DNA from: Thermodesulfovibrio sp.
GTDB lineage: Bacteria > Nitrospirota > Thermodesulfovibrionia > Thermodesulfovibrionales > Thermodesulfovibrionaceae
Direction of reading: 5' to 3'
NCBI GenBank assembly: GCA_039630505.1
Contig: JBCNUV010000023.1
Span: forward strand, 52,670-116,669
DNA: 64,000 bases
Positions 47,425-56,765 of the stretch are shown here, piece by piece (within the stretch, counting starts at the first letter, position 1; each line of letters begins with the position of its first letter). The notes under the pieces are model-generated. The model did no database searches and was not told the DNA's origin. It saw only the letters and a list, made by a program, of their open reading frames with translations. Made by a program: the position numbers and the translations under genes.

Positions 47425-48771
47425 TTAAATTTTTTCGGCAAGCTTTAATGAGTTTTCAATACAATCATTAACACTTACACCTCTGTATGCATTGCCAGTA
47501 AGATATAATCCTGGAAATTTATTAAGTATTGTATCTATACGATTTAGTTTGTCTTCATGCCCTAACTCATACTGGGGAATTGCCTTTTCCCATCTAAATA
47601 TCTTCACAAATTCAGGGTCTCCTTTAATGTTTAAAATACTTTTTAATTCACGCAAAACTGTCTCAGTAAGATTTTCATCAGATAACATGGCAAGTTCAGG
47701 TGCTCTTCTACCTCCAATCATGCTTCTAAGCAAAACATAGCCTTCAGGTGCCCTGTTTGGAAAAATACTTGAATCAAAAAGAGTTCCAAGAATCTTTCTT
47801 TTCTCCCTGTAGGGTATTAAAAAACCATAAAGAGATGTTCCAAAACCAATCTGCTCTTTTTTAAATCCAAAAGCCACTACACTTAAAGGTGGATAAGGAA
47901 TAGTTTTTAAGATATCTGAAATTTCTTTATTAAGTTCCTTTAATATTTCTGCTGTTTCATAGGCAGGACATGAAAGCACTACTTTTTCTGATTCAAATAT
48001 ATCTCCATTTTCAAGATAAACAGAATAGTAACTATTTTGCTTCGTGATGCCAATTACTCTGTTACCTTTTATTATCTTTGATGAAAGATTACACTCTAAA
48101 CTATAAACAAGCTCTGCCATTCCAGTTTTAAATGACATAAGAACTACGGATGGTTGAACTTTTACATCTTTTCTTTCTTTTCTTAGAGCAATTAATCCTC
48201 TTATAAGTCCACCATATTTCTTTTCAAGCCAATAAACCTTTGAAAAGCAGCTTTTCATACTCATCTTTGAAGGATCTCCTGCATAGATTCCAGTAGACAA
48301 GGCATCAATCAGCTTTTCATAAAACTCTCTTCCAACTCTGCGAGTGACAAAACTTTCAACAGTCTCGTCTGTGTGTTCTTTTACTGGTGCAACAAAGTAT
48401 TCTTTTAGCATTCTTATCTTGCCAGAAATTGAAAGAATTGGTGAAAGAAAAAATTTAATTGGATTCTCTGGAACTTTTGTCATTTTTCCATCTATAAGTA
48501 GATATCTTACTTTTGAGTTATCACTTCCTTTAATAGGCTCTATATTTAGTTCACTGGCAAGACTTAGTGTAGAAAGTTTGTTATTTAAAAAACCATTAAC
48601 ACCACCTTCACATAAAAATCCTGAGATATTTTCTGTAACTATTTTGCCACCTACTTTTTTTTCAGCCTCTATTATCCTCAAATCAAGCTGAGGATTTTTC
48701 TTAAGCAAGAAATAAGCAAGGGAAAGTCCTGAAATACCTCCTCCTACAATAACTAATTCTGCTGAGCCCAT
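47425..48771 (-). CDS. hemY: FAD-dependent protoporphyrinogen/coproporphyrinogen III oxidase (HemY/CgoX type)
   Basis: 448 aa. IVGGGISGLSLAYFL dinucleotide fold. C-terminal GLYLTGNAYRGVSVNDCI, typical of HemY. Confidence 0.85.
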   Translation of the reverse strand: MGSAELVIVGGGISGLSLAYFLLKKNPQLDLRIIEAEKKVGGKIVTENISGFLCEGGVNGFLNNKLSTLSLASELNIEPIKGSDNSKVRYLLIDGKMTKVPENPIKFFLSPILSISGKIRMLKEYFVAPVKEHTDETVESFVTRRVGREFYEKLIDALSTGIYAGDPSKMSMKSCFSKVYWLEKKYGGLIRGLIALRKERKDVKVQPSVVLMSFKTGMAELVYSLECNLSSKIIKGNRVIGITKQNSYYSVYLENGDIFESEKVVLSCPAYETAEILKELNKEISDILKTIPYPPLSVVAFGFKKEQIGFGTSLYGFLIPYREKRKILGTLFDSSIFPNRAPEGYVLLRSMIGGRRAPELAMLSDENLTETVLRELKSILNIKGDPEFVKIFRWEKAIPQYELGHEDKLNRIDTILNKFPGLYLTGNAYRGVSVNDCIENSLKLAEKI

Positions 48772-50297
48772 CTTATAATTGCCTCCACCATATCTTTTAC
48801 TGTTGATTTTTCAGGCATTATACTTACCTTATAACCTGCCTCTTGAATTGCCTTTGCTGTTGTTTTACCTATCGCAGAAATCACTACTTCTTTAAGCATC
48901 TCCTTAGCATCTTCCCTAAGAATATCAAGTAAATTGTAGAAACTTGAAGGGGAAGTAAAGGTTGCAATCGTTATTTTACCTTCCCTTAAAAATCTTATAA
49001 GCCTTTTACCATGCTCTGTGGGCTTTACAGTTCTGTATGTAACAGGTGTGTCTACCTTTATACCAAGAGTATTCATCTCTTCAACAAAGTCCTTCAGGGC
49101 AATATTTGAACATGGATAAAGTATTTTAATACTTTTACTTTGAAGATTAAATTTGTTTTGAGCAATGCTAAAAAATTCCTCCTTTAGCCTTTTAACTAAT
49201 GCCTCTGAAGTATGTTCATCAGGTATTATGTCTGCATTAATACCAAAGTCTCTTAAACTTCTCGAAGTTTCTTTACCTATAGCACATATTAAAATATCTT
49301 TTAAGTTTCTTACGTCCTTGCCAATACTCAAAAATCGCTCAAAAAAGAATTTAACTGCTCTTGGTGATGGAAAAACAATAAATTGATAGTTTTCTATATT
49401 TGCAATAGCCTTGTCTAATTCAGTGAAATCATCAGGTGGTAAAAAAGCTATTGTTGGAAATACAAAAAGCTCTGCTCCCATGTCTTCAAGAATAAGATAA
49501 TCATCTGTTAAATGCCTTGTAATAAGAATTCTATGTCCATAAAGTGGTTTTTTTTCATACCATTTTAGTTTTTCTCTAAATTTTACTACATCACCAATTA
49601 CAAGAATTGCAGGTGATGAAATCTTATTTTCTTTTGCCAAATAGGCTATTTCTGATATTGTTCCGGTTACTACCTTTTGTTCAGGTCTTGTGCCCCAACG
49701 AATAATGGCTGATGGAGTTTCTGGTTTTAAACCTTCTTGAATAAGTCTATTTGTAATTGTTTCAAGATTTCTCACACACATAAGAAAAATCATTGTTTCT
49801 GAAGCATTTGAAGCTTTTATATGAGTAAAGATCTTTTCCTGTTTTGAAAGGTCTTCATTACCAGTAATAACAGTAAAAGCAGAGGCTACCTTTCTATGAG
49901 TTATAGGAATTCCTGCATATGCAGGAACAGCAATAACAGAACTTACACCTGGAACTACTTCAAAATCTATTCCTTCTTCATAGAGAATCTCTAACTCTTC
50001 ACCACCTCTACCAAAAACAAAGGGATCACCACCCTTAAGTCTACATACTATCTTACCTTCCTTTGCCTTCTTAACAAGAATAGAGTTTATTTCATCTTGA
50101 GTCATCTCATGATGTCCTCCTCTTTTACCAGCATAAACAAACTCTGCACCATCCTTTGCATAGGTTAAAAGACGAGGATTTATATGAAAGTCATATACAA
50201 TGCAGTCAGCCATCTGAATTGCTCTTAAACCTTTCAATGTAATCAATCCTGCATCTCCAGGACCTGCACCTACAAGATAAACCTTTCCTTTACTCAC
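48753..50297 (-). CDS. cobA/hemD: Fused uroporphyrinogen-III C-methyltransferase / uroporphyrinogen-III synthase (CobA-HemD)
   Basis: 514 aa. N-terminal SUMT (VYLVGAGPGDAGLITLKG, GGDPFVFGRGGEE, VPGVSS). C-terminal HemD-like half (ILITR ... FTSPSS). Confidence 0.9.
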   Translation of the reverse strand: MSKGKVYLVGAGPGDAGLITLKGLRAIQMADCIVYDFHINPRLLTYAKDGAEFVYAGKRGGHHEMTQDEINSILVKKAKEGKIVCRLKGGDPFVFGRGGEELEILYEEGIDFEVVPGVSSVIAVPAYAGIPITHRKVASAFTVITGNEDLSKQEKIFTHIKASNASETMIFLMCVRNLETITNRLIQEGLKPETPSAIIRWGTRPEQKVVTGTISEIAYLAKENKISSPAILVIGDVVKFREKLKWYEKKPLYGHRILITRHLTDDYLILEDMGAELFVFPTIAFLPPDDFTELDKAIANIENYQFIVFPSPRAVKFFFERFLSIGKDVRNLKDILICAIGKETSRSLRDFGINADIIPDEHTSEALVKRLKEEFFSIAQNKFNLQSKSIKILYPCSNIALKDFVEEMNTLGIKVDTPVTYRTVKPTEHGKRLIRFLREGKITIATFTSPSSFYNLLDILREDAKEMLKEVVISAIGKTTAKAIQEAGYKVSIMPEKSTVKDMVEAIIRWAQQN

Positions 50298-51254
50298 TTA
50301 TTTCTCCTTATGGTAAATTTTCTTGATTATCTCTTGTCCGCCTTTATCAAGTAATTCTTTTGCAAGATCTATACCAAGGTTTTGTGATTGAGATAAACTG
50401 CCTTCACGAAAGCCTCTAATAATTGGTATTTTGTTTTCAGGATCTCCTATCATGCCTATTATCCTTATAAAACTTCCTTCATCATTTTTTATAATTTTTG
50501 CATGACAGGCAAGAGGCACCTGACATCCTCCTCCCATAACTGAGAGAAAGGCTCTTTCAGCAAGAACGCAGATGGATGTATCTTCATGATTTAGTGGCTT
50601 TATAAGTTCATTTATAAAATCATCATCCACTCTTGTTTCAATTCCTATTGCACCTTGTCCAACTGCTGGAATGATAACTTCTTCAGAAATTGTCTCTGTA
50701 ACCATATCCTCACAACCCATTCTCTTTAAACCTGCTATTGCAAGTAAAATTGCACTGAACTGTCCTTCTTTAAGTTTTTTTATTCTTGTGTCAACGTTAC
50801 CTCTTAATGGAAGTACTATTAAATCATCTCTAATTGCTCTAAGTTGAATTGTTCTTCTTAGACTGCTTGTTCCAACAACTGCTCCAGCTTGAATATTTTT
50901 TAAAGATTTTCCATCTTTACTGATGAAAGCATCTCTTGGATCTTCCCTTTCACATATTGCCGAGATTTGCAATCCCTTTGGAATCTCTATTGGAACATCT
51001 TTCATACTGTGAACAGCTATGTCAACTTTTTTTGAAAGTAAAGCTTCTTCTATTTCCTTTACAAACAAACCTTTTCCACCAATCTTTGCTAATGGTGCAT
51101 CAAGAATTTTATCACCTGTTGTCTTTATTTTTTGTATTTCAATATCTATCTCTGGATAAAGTAATTTAAGAGTATGCTTAACCCAGTTTGCCTGCCACAA
51201 AGCAAGTTTACTTCCTCTTGTCCCTATAATTAATTTATTCCTCCTCGTTGTCAA
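50298..51254 (-). CDS. hemC: Hydroxymethylbilane synthase (porphobilinogen deaminase) HemC
   Basis: IIGTRGSKLALWQANWV, HSMKDVP, GTSSLRR, RGNVDTR. The start is uncertain. The long ORF's ATG would overlap hemA by 86 nt, so I chose a TTG preceded by GGAGGT, which overlaps by 20 nt. Confidence 0.88.
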   Translation of the reverse strand: MTTRRNKLIIGTRGSKLALWQANWVKHTLKLLYPEIDIEIQKIKTTGDKILDAPLAKIGGKGLFVKEIEEALLSKKVDIAVHSMKDVPIEIPKGLQISAICEREDPRDAFISKDGKSLKNIQAGAVVGTSSLRRTIQLRAIRDDLIVLPLRGNVDTRIKKLKEGQFSAILLAIAGLKRMGCEDMVTETISEEVIIPAVGQGAIGIETRVDDDFINELIKPLNHEDTSICVLAERAFLSVMGGGCQVPLACHAKIIKNDEGSFIRIIGMIGDPENKIPIIRGFREGSLSQSQNLGIDLAKELLDKGGQEIIKKIYHKEK

Positions 51255-52527
51255 GCCCAAATAACCTCCTTGCTGAGTATATAAGAATCTCCTTACTGTC
51301 GCAGTTATTCTTGAGTGCAACAGTTGGATAGTGCATTATTTTATTTATAATGCTTTGAGTAAGATAATCAATAGAATTAAGTACTTCAGGTGAAAGGTCT
51401 CTAAACTTAGATTTAAATTTTTCAAGCTCCTGCTGTCTTATCTGTTCAGCTTTATTTCTAATTGAAACAATAACTGGAACACTTTCAAGAGAGTTAAGCC
51501 AGTGGAAAAACTTTTCTGTTTCCTCTTTTATTATAATCATAGCCTTTTGTGCTTCTTTTTTCCTTTCAAAAATGTTTGAATCTACTACTGCTTGAAGATC
51601 ATCTATATTGTAAAGATATACATTATCTAAGTTATTGCAAGATGGATCTATATTTCTTGGAACAGATATGTCAATGAGAAATATGGGTTTGTACTTTCTC
51701 AAATACATTACTTCTTTAAGCATCTTTTCGGTTATAACATAGTTTGGTGCTGCTGTTGAACAAAGAACAATATCAGCTTTTATAAGATTTTCTTTTAGAT
51801 TTTCGAAAGGAATTGCTGTACCATTAAACTCCTTTGCAAGCTCCTTTGCTCTCTCAAAAGTTCTATTTGTAATGTAAATGCTTTTTACTCCATTTCCAAT
51901 AAGATGTTTTAAAGCAAGTTCAGCCATCTCACCAGCACCCACAAGAAGAATTGACTTTTTGGAAAGATCATCAAAAACTTTTTTAATAAGTCCTACTGCT
52001 GCATAGCTTACAGATACAGGATTTTCACTAATCCGAGTTTCATTTCTTACTCTTTTTGCTGTAAAAAGTGCTCTCTTCATAAGATGATTAAGAATAAGTG
52101 AAGTTGCTCTTTCAGATAAAGCAATCTCATAGGATTCTTTAACTTGTCCTGTTATCTGAGGTTCACCTACAATCATTGAGTCAAGACTTGAGGTAACTTT
52201 AAGAAGATGCTCAACTGCCTGTCTGTCTTTATGTACATATAAATATTTTTCAAAAATGTCCTTTTCAATCTTATGAAATTTTGAGATAAACTCTTTAATA
52301 AGCTCTTCTACTTTGCTTTCTCTGTTTTCTTTATCAGAGGAGACATTGCTATAGACATATATTTCCACTCTATTACATGTTGAAAGAATCACTGCCTCAG
52401 CAATATCTTCCTTTTGAATAAGTTGTCTTAAAGCTTCCTTAATTGTCTCCTTTGAACCAAAGGCAAGCTTTTCTCTAATTTCAATTGGCGCAGTCTTATG
52501 ATTCAGTCCAACAACTGTTAAGCTCAT
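51235..52527 (-). CDS. hemA: Glutamyl-tRNA reductase HemA
   Basis: 430 aa. VVGLNHKTAPIEIREK, active-site STCNRVE, GEPQI.GQVK, GAGEMAE. Confidence 0.95.
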   Translation of the reverse strand: MSLTVVGLNHKTAPIEIREKLAFGSKETIKEALRQLIQKEDIAEAVILSTCNRVEIYVYSNVSSDKENRESKVEELIKEFISKFHKIEKDIFEKYLYVHKDRQAVEHLLKVTSSLDSMIVGEPQITGQVKESYEIALSERATSLILNHLMKRALFTAKRVRNETRISENPVSVSYAAVGLIKKVFDDLSKKSILLVGAGEMAELALKHLIGNGVKSIYITNRTFERAKELAKEFNGTAIPFENLKENLIKADIVLCSTAAPNYVITEKMLKEVMYLRKYKPIFLIDISVPRNIDPSCNNLDNVYLYNIDDLQAVVDSNIFERKKEAQKAMIIIKEETEKFFHWLNSLESVPVIVSIRNKAEQIRQQELEKFKSKFRDLSPEVLNSIDYLTQSIINKIMHYPTVALKNNCDSKEILIYSARRLFGLDNEEE

Positions 52528-53339
52528 AGTGGTTTATGAAAACTCTCTGTTAGTAGATTTATACCAAAAAATCCGAAAATTACAAGAAGAAAAGCAAGTA
52601 TAGTAAGATATGCAGCCTTTTTCTTTCTCCAGTCTTCTTTTACTCTGAGATAATAGATTGATAAATATACACTCCATGTTAGAAAACTCCATATCTCCTT
52701 TGGATCAAACATAAAACCAACTAAGCTAACATATTTAATAAATCCTACGACAAGAGCAACTGTATAAAGTGGGAATCCCCAAAATATAAGACGATAGTTT
52801 ATTTTATCAAGAATTTCAAGATTTGGCAGAATATTTTCAAATCCTCTAAATTTTTTAGATTTAATAGCTTTTTCCTGAATAAGATAAAGACTACTAAAGA
52901 CAAAGGCGACACTAAAAAGAGCTATTCCAAAAATAGCCATAACTGCATGAATATCAATCCAGAAACTTTTAATCTCTCCTTTTAAAGAAGGAATACCTCT
53001 TGGGAAAAAAGCGCCTATAAACATAATTAAAAAACTAAGAATTATTCCAAAGTTTAAAACCTTAACTTTATAAAAAAAATTAATTAAAAAAGAAACTAAG
53101 AGAATGCTCCATGCAAAGTAGGAGTTTGCTTCATGCATTGAAAATACGGGTGCTCGTCCTGATTTTATATATCTTATAATCAGATAAATTGTATGAAGTA
53201 AGAAACCTATTAAACTTAAGAAAAATACAGCTTTATCTAAATCATTTTTTTTTCTTATGATTCCAACTATGCTTAGAATAAATCCTGCAAAATATAAAGT
53301 AAGGGCAAGCTCAAAGAAGATTGTTCCCATTAGAAACAA
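52524..53339 (-). CDS. CcsA/HemX-like cytochrome c assembly family membrane protein
   Basis: 271 aa with 8 TM segments. Positioned as Bacillus hemX, next to hemA. Partial Trp-rich region only (FDPKEIWSFLTW). Confidence 0.7.
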   Translation of the reverse strand: MFLMGTIFFELALTLYFAGFILSIVGIIRKKNDLDKAVFFLSLIGFLLHTIYLIIRYIKSGRAPVFSMHEANSYFAWSILLVSFLINFFYKVKVLNFGIILSFLIMFIGAFFPRGIPSLKGEIKSFWIDIHAVMAIFGIALFSVAFVFSSLYLIQEKAIKSKKFRGFENILPNLEILDKINYRLIFWGFPLYTVALVVGFIKYVSLVGFMFDPKEIWSFLTWSVYLSIYYLRVKEDWRKKKAAYLTILAFLLVIFGFFGINLLTESFHKPL

Positions 53340-54010
53340 CCAAGCTCACAATTTCTTATTTTTATCTTAAGCTCATTTGCCATCTTTCCAACTTCAATAT
53401 AGGGAACATTCAAATCTTCTGCGATCTTTCTTGCTTCTGAACATGTAATCTTTCCATTGTTGCTTCTTTCTTTAAGATGCTTTTCAATAAATTTTCTCTT
53501 TTGAATTCCTTCTATATCTTTCATAATATCCTCCATTGAGTATTCACCTTCTATCACAATATCAGCCATTTCAAGAATAGCCTTTGCTGAAGGTTTATAA
53601 GAGTCTTCAAATTTATCTTTAAAAAATATTATAACATCAGGCTGTAAAGCTTTTACCATTGAATTACCCTCAATGATTATAAATTTTGGTCTTTCATCAT
53701 TTTGAAGACAGCTAAAAATATCCTCCTTCAATTTATCAACAACCTCAGGTAAATCTTCCTCCGTTGCCTTTACCCAATAGACAATATCAGCACCTGCTGT
53801 TTTCATCCTTTCTGTATCTTTGCCTTTTGTGTTTATTACTGAAGACTCTGTAGTAATTGAAGAATAAAGAGAAGTTTTTGTATATTTTACAGTAATAACA
53901 AATGCTTCATGATAAACTTCTTTGACAAATTTGATAAAGTTTTCTATAAAAGTAGTTTTACCTGCTTTACTTCTATTAGCACCTACTCCAACACTTAATA
54001 AAAGATGCAT
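53330..54010 (-). CDS. P-loop NTPase-like protein with a Cys-containing C-terminal domain
   Basis: 226 aa. MobB-like P-loop GANRSKAGKTT. C-terminal ~45 aa: ITCSEARKIAEDLNVPYIEVGKMANELKIKIRNCELGCF. Confidence 0.5.
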   Translation of the reverse strand: MHLLLSVGVGANRSKAGKTTFIENFIKFVKEVYHEAFVITVKYTKTSLYSSITTESSVINTKGKDTERMKTAGADIVYWVKATEEDLPEVVDKLKEDIFSCLQNDERPKFIIIEGNSMVKALQPDVIIFFKDKFEDSYKPSAKAILEMADIVIEGEYSMEDIMKDIEGIQKRKFIEKHLKERSNNGKITCSEARKIAEDLNVPYIEVGKMANELKIKIRNCELGCF

Positions 54011-54014
54011 ACTA

Positions 54015-55442
54015 CTATCTTACTACAGGGATATATATATCAAATCTTGTTCCTTTATTTAATTCACTTTCAACAAAAATAAAGCCTTTAAGAATCTGAA
54101 CAATATGATATACTGTAGTAAGTCCAAGTCCTGTGCCTTTTTCTCCCTTTGTAGTAAAAAATGGCTCAAATATCTTATTTTTTGTTTCTTCATCCATTCC
54201 AACTCCATTATCTACAACGGAAAGACATACATAATCTTTCCTGCTTTCTTCATCGGAAATTAATGTTTTAAACTTCTCAGGCAAAGACTTCAATGATAGC
54301 TCTATTTTAATTTCTCCTCCTTCTGGTAATGCATCCTGAGCATTTAAAACAAGATTTGTTATCATCTTTTCTATATCTGTCTTATCTGCGTATACTTTAA
54401 TAGAATTTTCTGGTATACTTGCAGTTAATACGATATTATCTTTTAATAAAGCTTTAAGAAAAATAATTATATTTTCAAGAACACTTTTTATGTCTATCAA
54501 CTCAGGATTTTTACCAAACTCTCTTCCAACTCCAAGTATTTCCCTCACATTTTTTAGCAATGAATCAACCATTGAAAGCATCTTTTCTAAATAGGAATCT
54601 GCAGTTTTTTTGTCTTTTGACTGTAAAGCAAGCTGTGCAAAACCCTTTATTCCTGTAAGTATATTTTTTATTTCATGAACATATGTAGAAATTAGTCGAT
54701 TTACAGACTCCATTTTATAGGAAATTATTCTTTGTTCCTCATACTTTCTTACTTCTGTAATATCAGTTAAAAAAATTGCATATCCGAAAATATCTTCATA
54801 ATCAATCTTTATACCTCTTAAACGAAAAATTTTTCCATTATATTTGATCTCTTTAAGATAGCTGTTATAAATCTCATATAAAGATAGCTGAGGAAATAAC
54901 TCAAATATGTTATGTCCTTTTAGATCCTTATGTCCTGTATACTTTAAGAATGAATTATTGCAATAAATAATCTTGCCTGAAATCTCTAAAAGAGCTACTC
55001 CTACTGGAGAATATTCAATTACTGTATTAAGTTTTTTTAGTTCAATTTCTGCAATTTTTCTTTTGGTTATATCCCTTATAATCTGAACAGCACCAATTAC
55101 ATCACAGAATTCATCAACTACAGTAAATGCAGACATTAATACCCATGCACCTTTACCACCATAAAGATTTGGTAAAAATGTTTCCAACTCATATATGTCT
55201 CCTTTTTTAATAAAGAACTCTGAAGGCTCTATATTTGGATTTAAAACATAATCAACAAGCATTGGTCTTCGGTAACCATAGAAAGGAATAGAATACTCAA
55301 AATCTCCTTTTCCAATTATCTCCTTCTCAAATATACCTGTCATTTCTTCTAATGCTTTGTTCCATAATATGACTTTCCCTGAGAGATCAACTGCAAAGAC
55401 ACCATCAGGTATAAGTCTTAAAACTCTTTTTGAATACTCCAT
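54015..55442 (-). CDS. PAS-domain sensor histidine kinase (cytoplasmic, orphan)
   Basis: 475 aa. Two PAS-like regions, H-box HEIKNILTGIKGF, N box NLVLNAQDAL, G boxes DNGVGM and GTGLGL. No TM segment and no adjacent response regulator. Confidence 0.9.
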   Translation of the reverse strand: MEYSKRVLRLIPDGVFAVDLSGKVILWNKALEEMTGIFEKEIIGKGDFEYSIPFYGYRRPMLVDYVLNPNIEPSEFFIKKGDIYELETFLPNLYGGKGAWVLMSAFTVVDEFCDVIGAVQIIRDITKRKIAEIELKKLNTVIEYSPVGVALLEISGKIIYCNNSFLKYTGHKDLKGHNIFELFPQLSLYEIYNSYLKEIKYNGKIFRLRGIKIDYEDIFGYAIFLTDITEVRKYEEQRIISYKMESVNRLISTYVHEIKNILTGIKGFAQLALQSKDKKTADSYLEKMLSMVDSLLKNVREILGVGREFGKNPELIDIKSVLENIIIFLKALLKDNIVLTASIPENSIKVYADKTDIEKMITNLVLNAQDALPEGGEIKIELSLKSLPEKFKTLISDEESRKDYVCLSVVDNGVGMDEETKNKIFEPFFTTKGEKGTGLGLTTVYHIVQILKGFIFVESELNKGTRFDIYIPVVR

Positions 55443-55537
55443 CTTAAAACTCCATTTTCCTTAATTTGAAAGACTGATTTTTAATTGCCTAATTTATAAT
55501 AACAACTTTTTTCAATATTTTGTTATAATCCAAACAG

Positions 55538-56011
55538 ATGCATTCTATATACATCCTAAGTCCTATTGGTTTGTTAGGAATTGTATTTGATGAGTTTTTT
55601 TCATTAGAAAAAATATTTGTAAATAAATCTAAAAAAGCAAATATAGATATCAAAATTCCTGATTTTGCATTAAATTTTGCCAAACAACTTAATTTATATT
55701 TTAAAGGTGAACTTTTAAAGTTTAGCTATCCTATAAAACTTCAAGATATTTCGGATTTTGACAAAAAAGTCCTTGAACTAACTAATGAAATTCCTTATGG
55801 TAAAACTGTTACCTACAGTTGGATTGCAAAAAAGCTTAATACATCACCAAGGGCTGTTGGGCAAGCTTTAAAGAGAAATCCTTTACCAATTGTTATACCC
55901 TGCCACAGAGTTATCAAATCAAATGGAAGCTTGGGTGGATACAGTCTTGGATTAGAGATAAAAAAATGGCTCATAGAACATGAAAGGATTGTAGCTTCTA
56001 AACTTAGATAA
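55538..56011 (+). CDS. ogt: Methylated-DNA--protein-cysteine methyltransferase (Ogt/MGMT)
   Basis: 157 aa. IPYGKTVTYSWIA, active-site IPCHRV, GSLGGY. Confidence 0.9.
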   Translation: MHSIYILSPIGLLGIVFDEFFSLEKIFVNKSKKANIDIKIPDFALNFAKQLNLYFKGELLKFSYPIKLQDISDFDKKVLELTNEIPYGKTVTYSWIAKKLNTSPRAVGQALKRNPLPIVIPCHRVIKSNGSLGGYSLGLEIKKWLIEHERIVASKLR

Positions 56012-56027
56012 AAATTATAATAAATAT

Positions 56028-56765
56028 ATGTTCTCTCAAAATCAAGCCTTTGTTTGGAATGGTAAAGAAAAACTCTTAAAAATTGTAAAAAGAACTCCAA
56101 AACATAATATTAATGAACTTTTTGGTATCGAAAAACAAAAAGAATTAGTTATCTTAAATACAAAAGCCTTTATTGATGGTAAAAGAGTTAACAATGTTCT
56201 TTTATGGGGAGAAAGAGGAACAGGTAAAACTACACTTATAAAGGGTTTGCTTAATTATTTTAAAGAGTCCTCTTTAAGAATGATTCAGGTGTTAAAGAAC
56301 GACATTATTACAATTCCCTATCTTTATGACATCATCTATGAACAAAAAAATTTTAGATTTATTATTTTCATAGATGATCTATCATTCAATGAAAATGAAC
56401 AGGAATTCAAAGATCTAAAACTTGTAATGGATGGAGGTATAGAGGAGATTCCTGAAAACTCTGTTATTTATGCAACTTCAAACAGAAGAAATCTTATCCC
56501 TACTACATCACAAAGTGATAATGAGCTTTTTCCTGAAGACAGCATTCAAGAACGTGCCTCACTAATTGAAAGATTTGGCTTAAGAATAGGATTTTATAAA
56601 TTTTCAGAAGAACAATACTTTGATATTGTTAAACACTATGCAAAAAATGCAGGATTGCTCTTACAACAAGAGGAATTAATCAAAAAAGCAAGACAATGGG
56701 CTTTAGTGCATGGAACAACAGGTAGAGCTGCCTATCAGTTTGTCTTAAGTCTTCAGATTCTTTAA
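56028..56765 (+). CDS. AAA-type ATPase, DUF815-like
   Basis: 245 aa. Walker [10 protein letters not shown], Walker [16 protein letters not shown]. Confidence 0.75.
   Translation: MFSQNQAFVWNGKEKLLKIVKRTPKHNINELFGIEKQKELVILNTKAFIDGKRVNNVLLWGERGTGKTTLIKGLLNYFKESSLRMIQVLKNDIITIPYLYDIIYEQKNFRFIIFIDDLSFNENEQEFKDLKLVMDGGIEEIPENSVIYATSNRRNLIPTTSQSDNELFPEDSIQERASLIERFGLRIGFYKFSEEQYFDIVKHYAKNAGLLLQQEELIKKARQWALVHGTTGRAAYQFVLSLQIL

Noticed and set aside
55489-55683. 64-aa minus-strand ORF in the histidine-kinase/ogt divergent region.
   Set aside because: It overlaps the well-supported ogt N-terminus on the opposite strand, and it has no RBS or motif.
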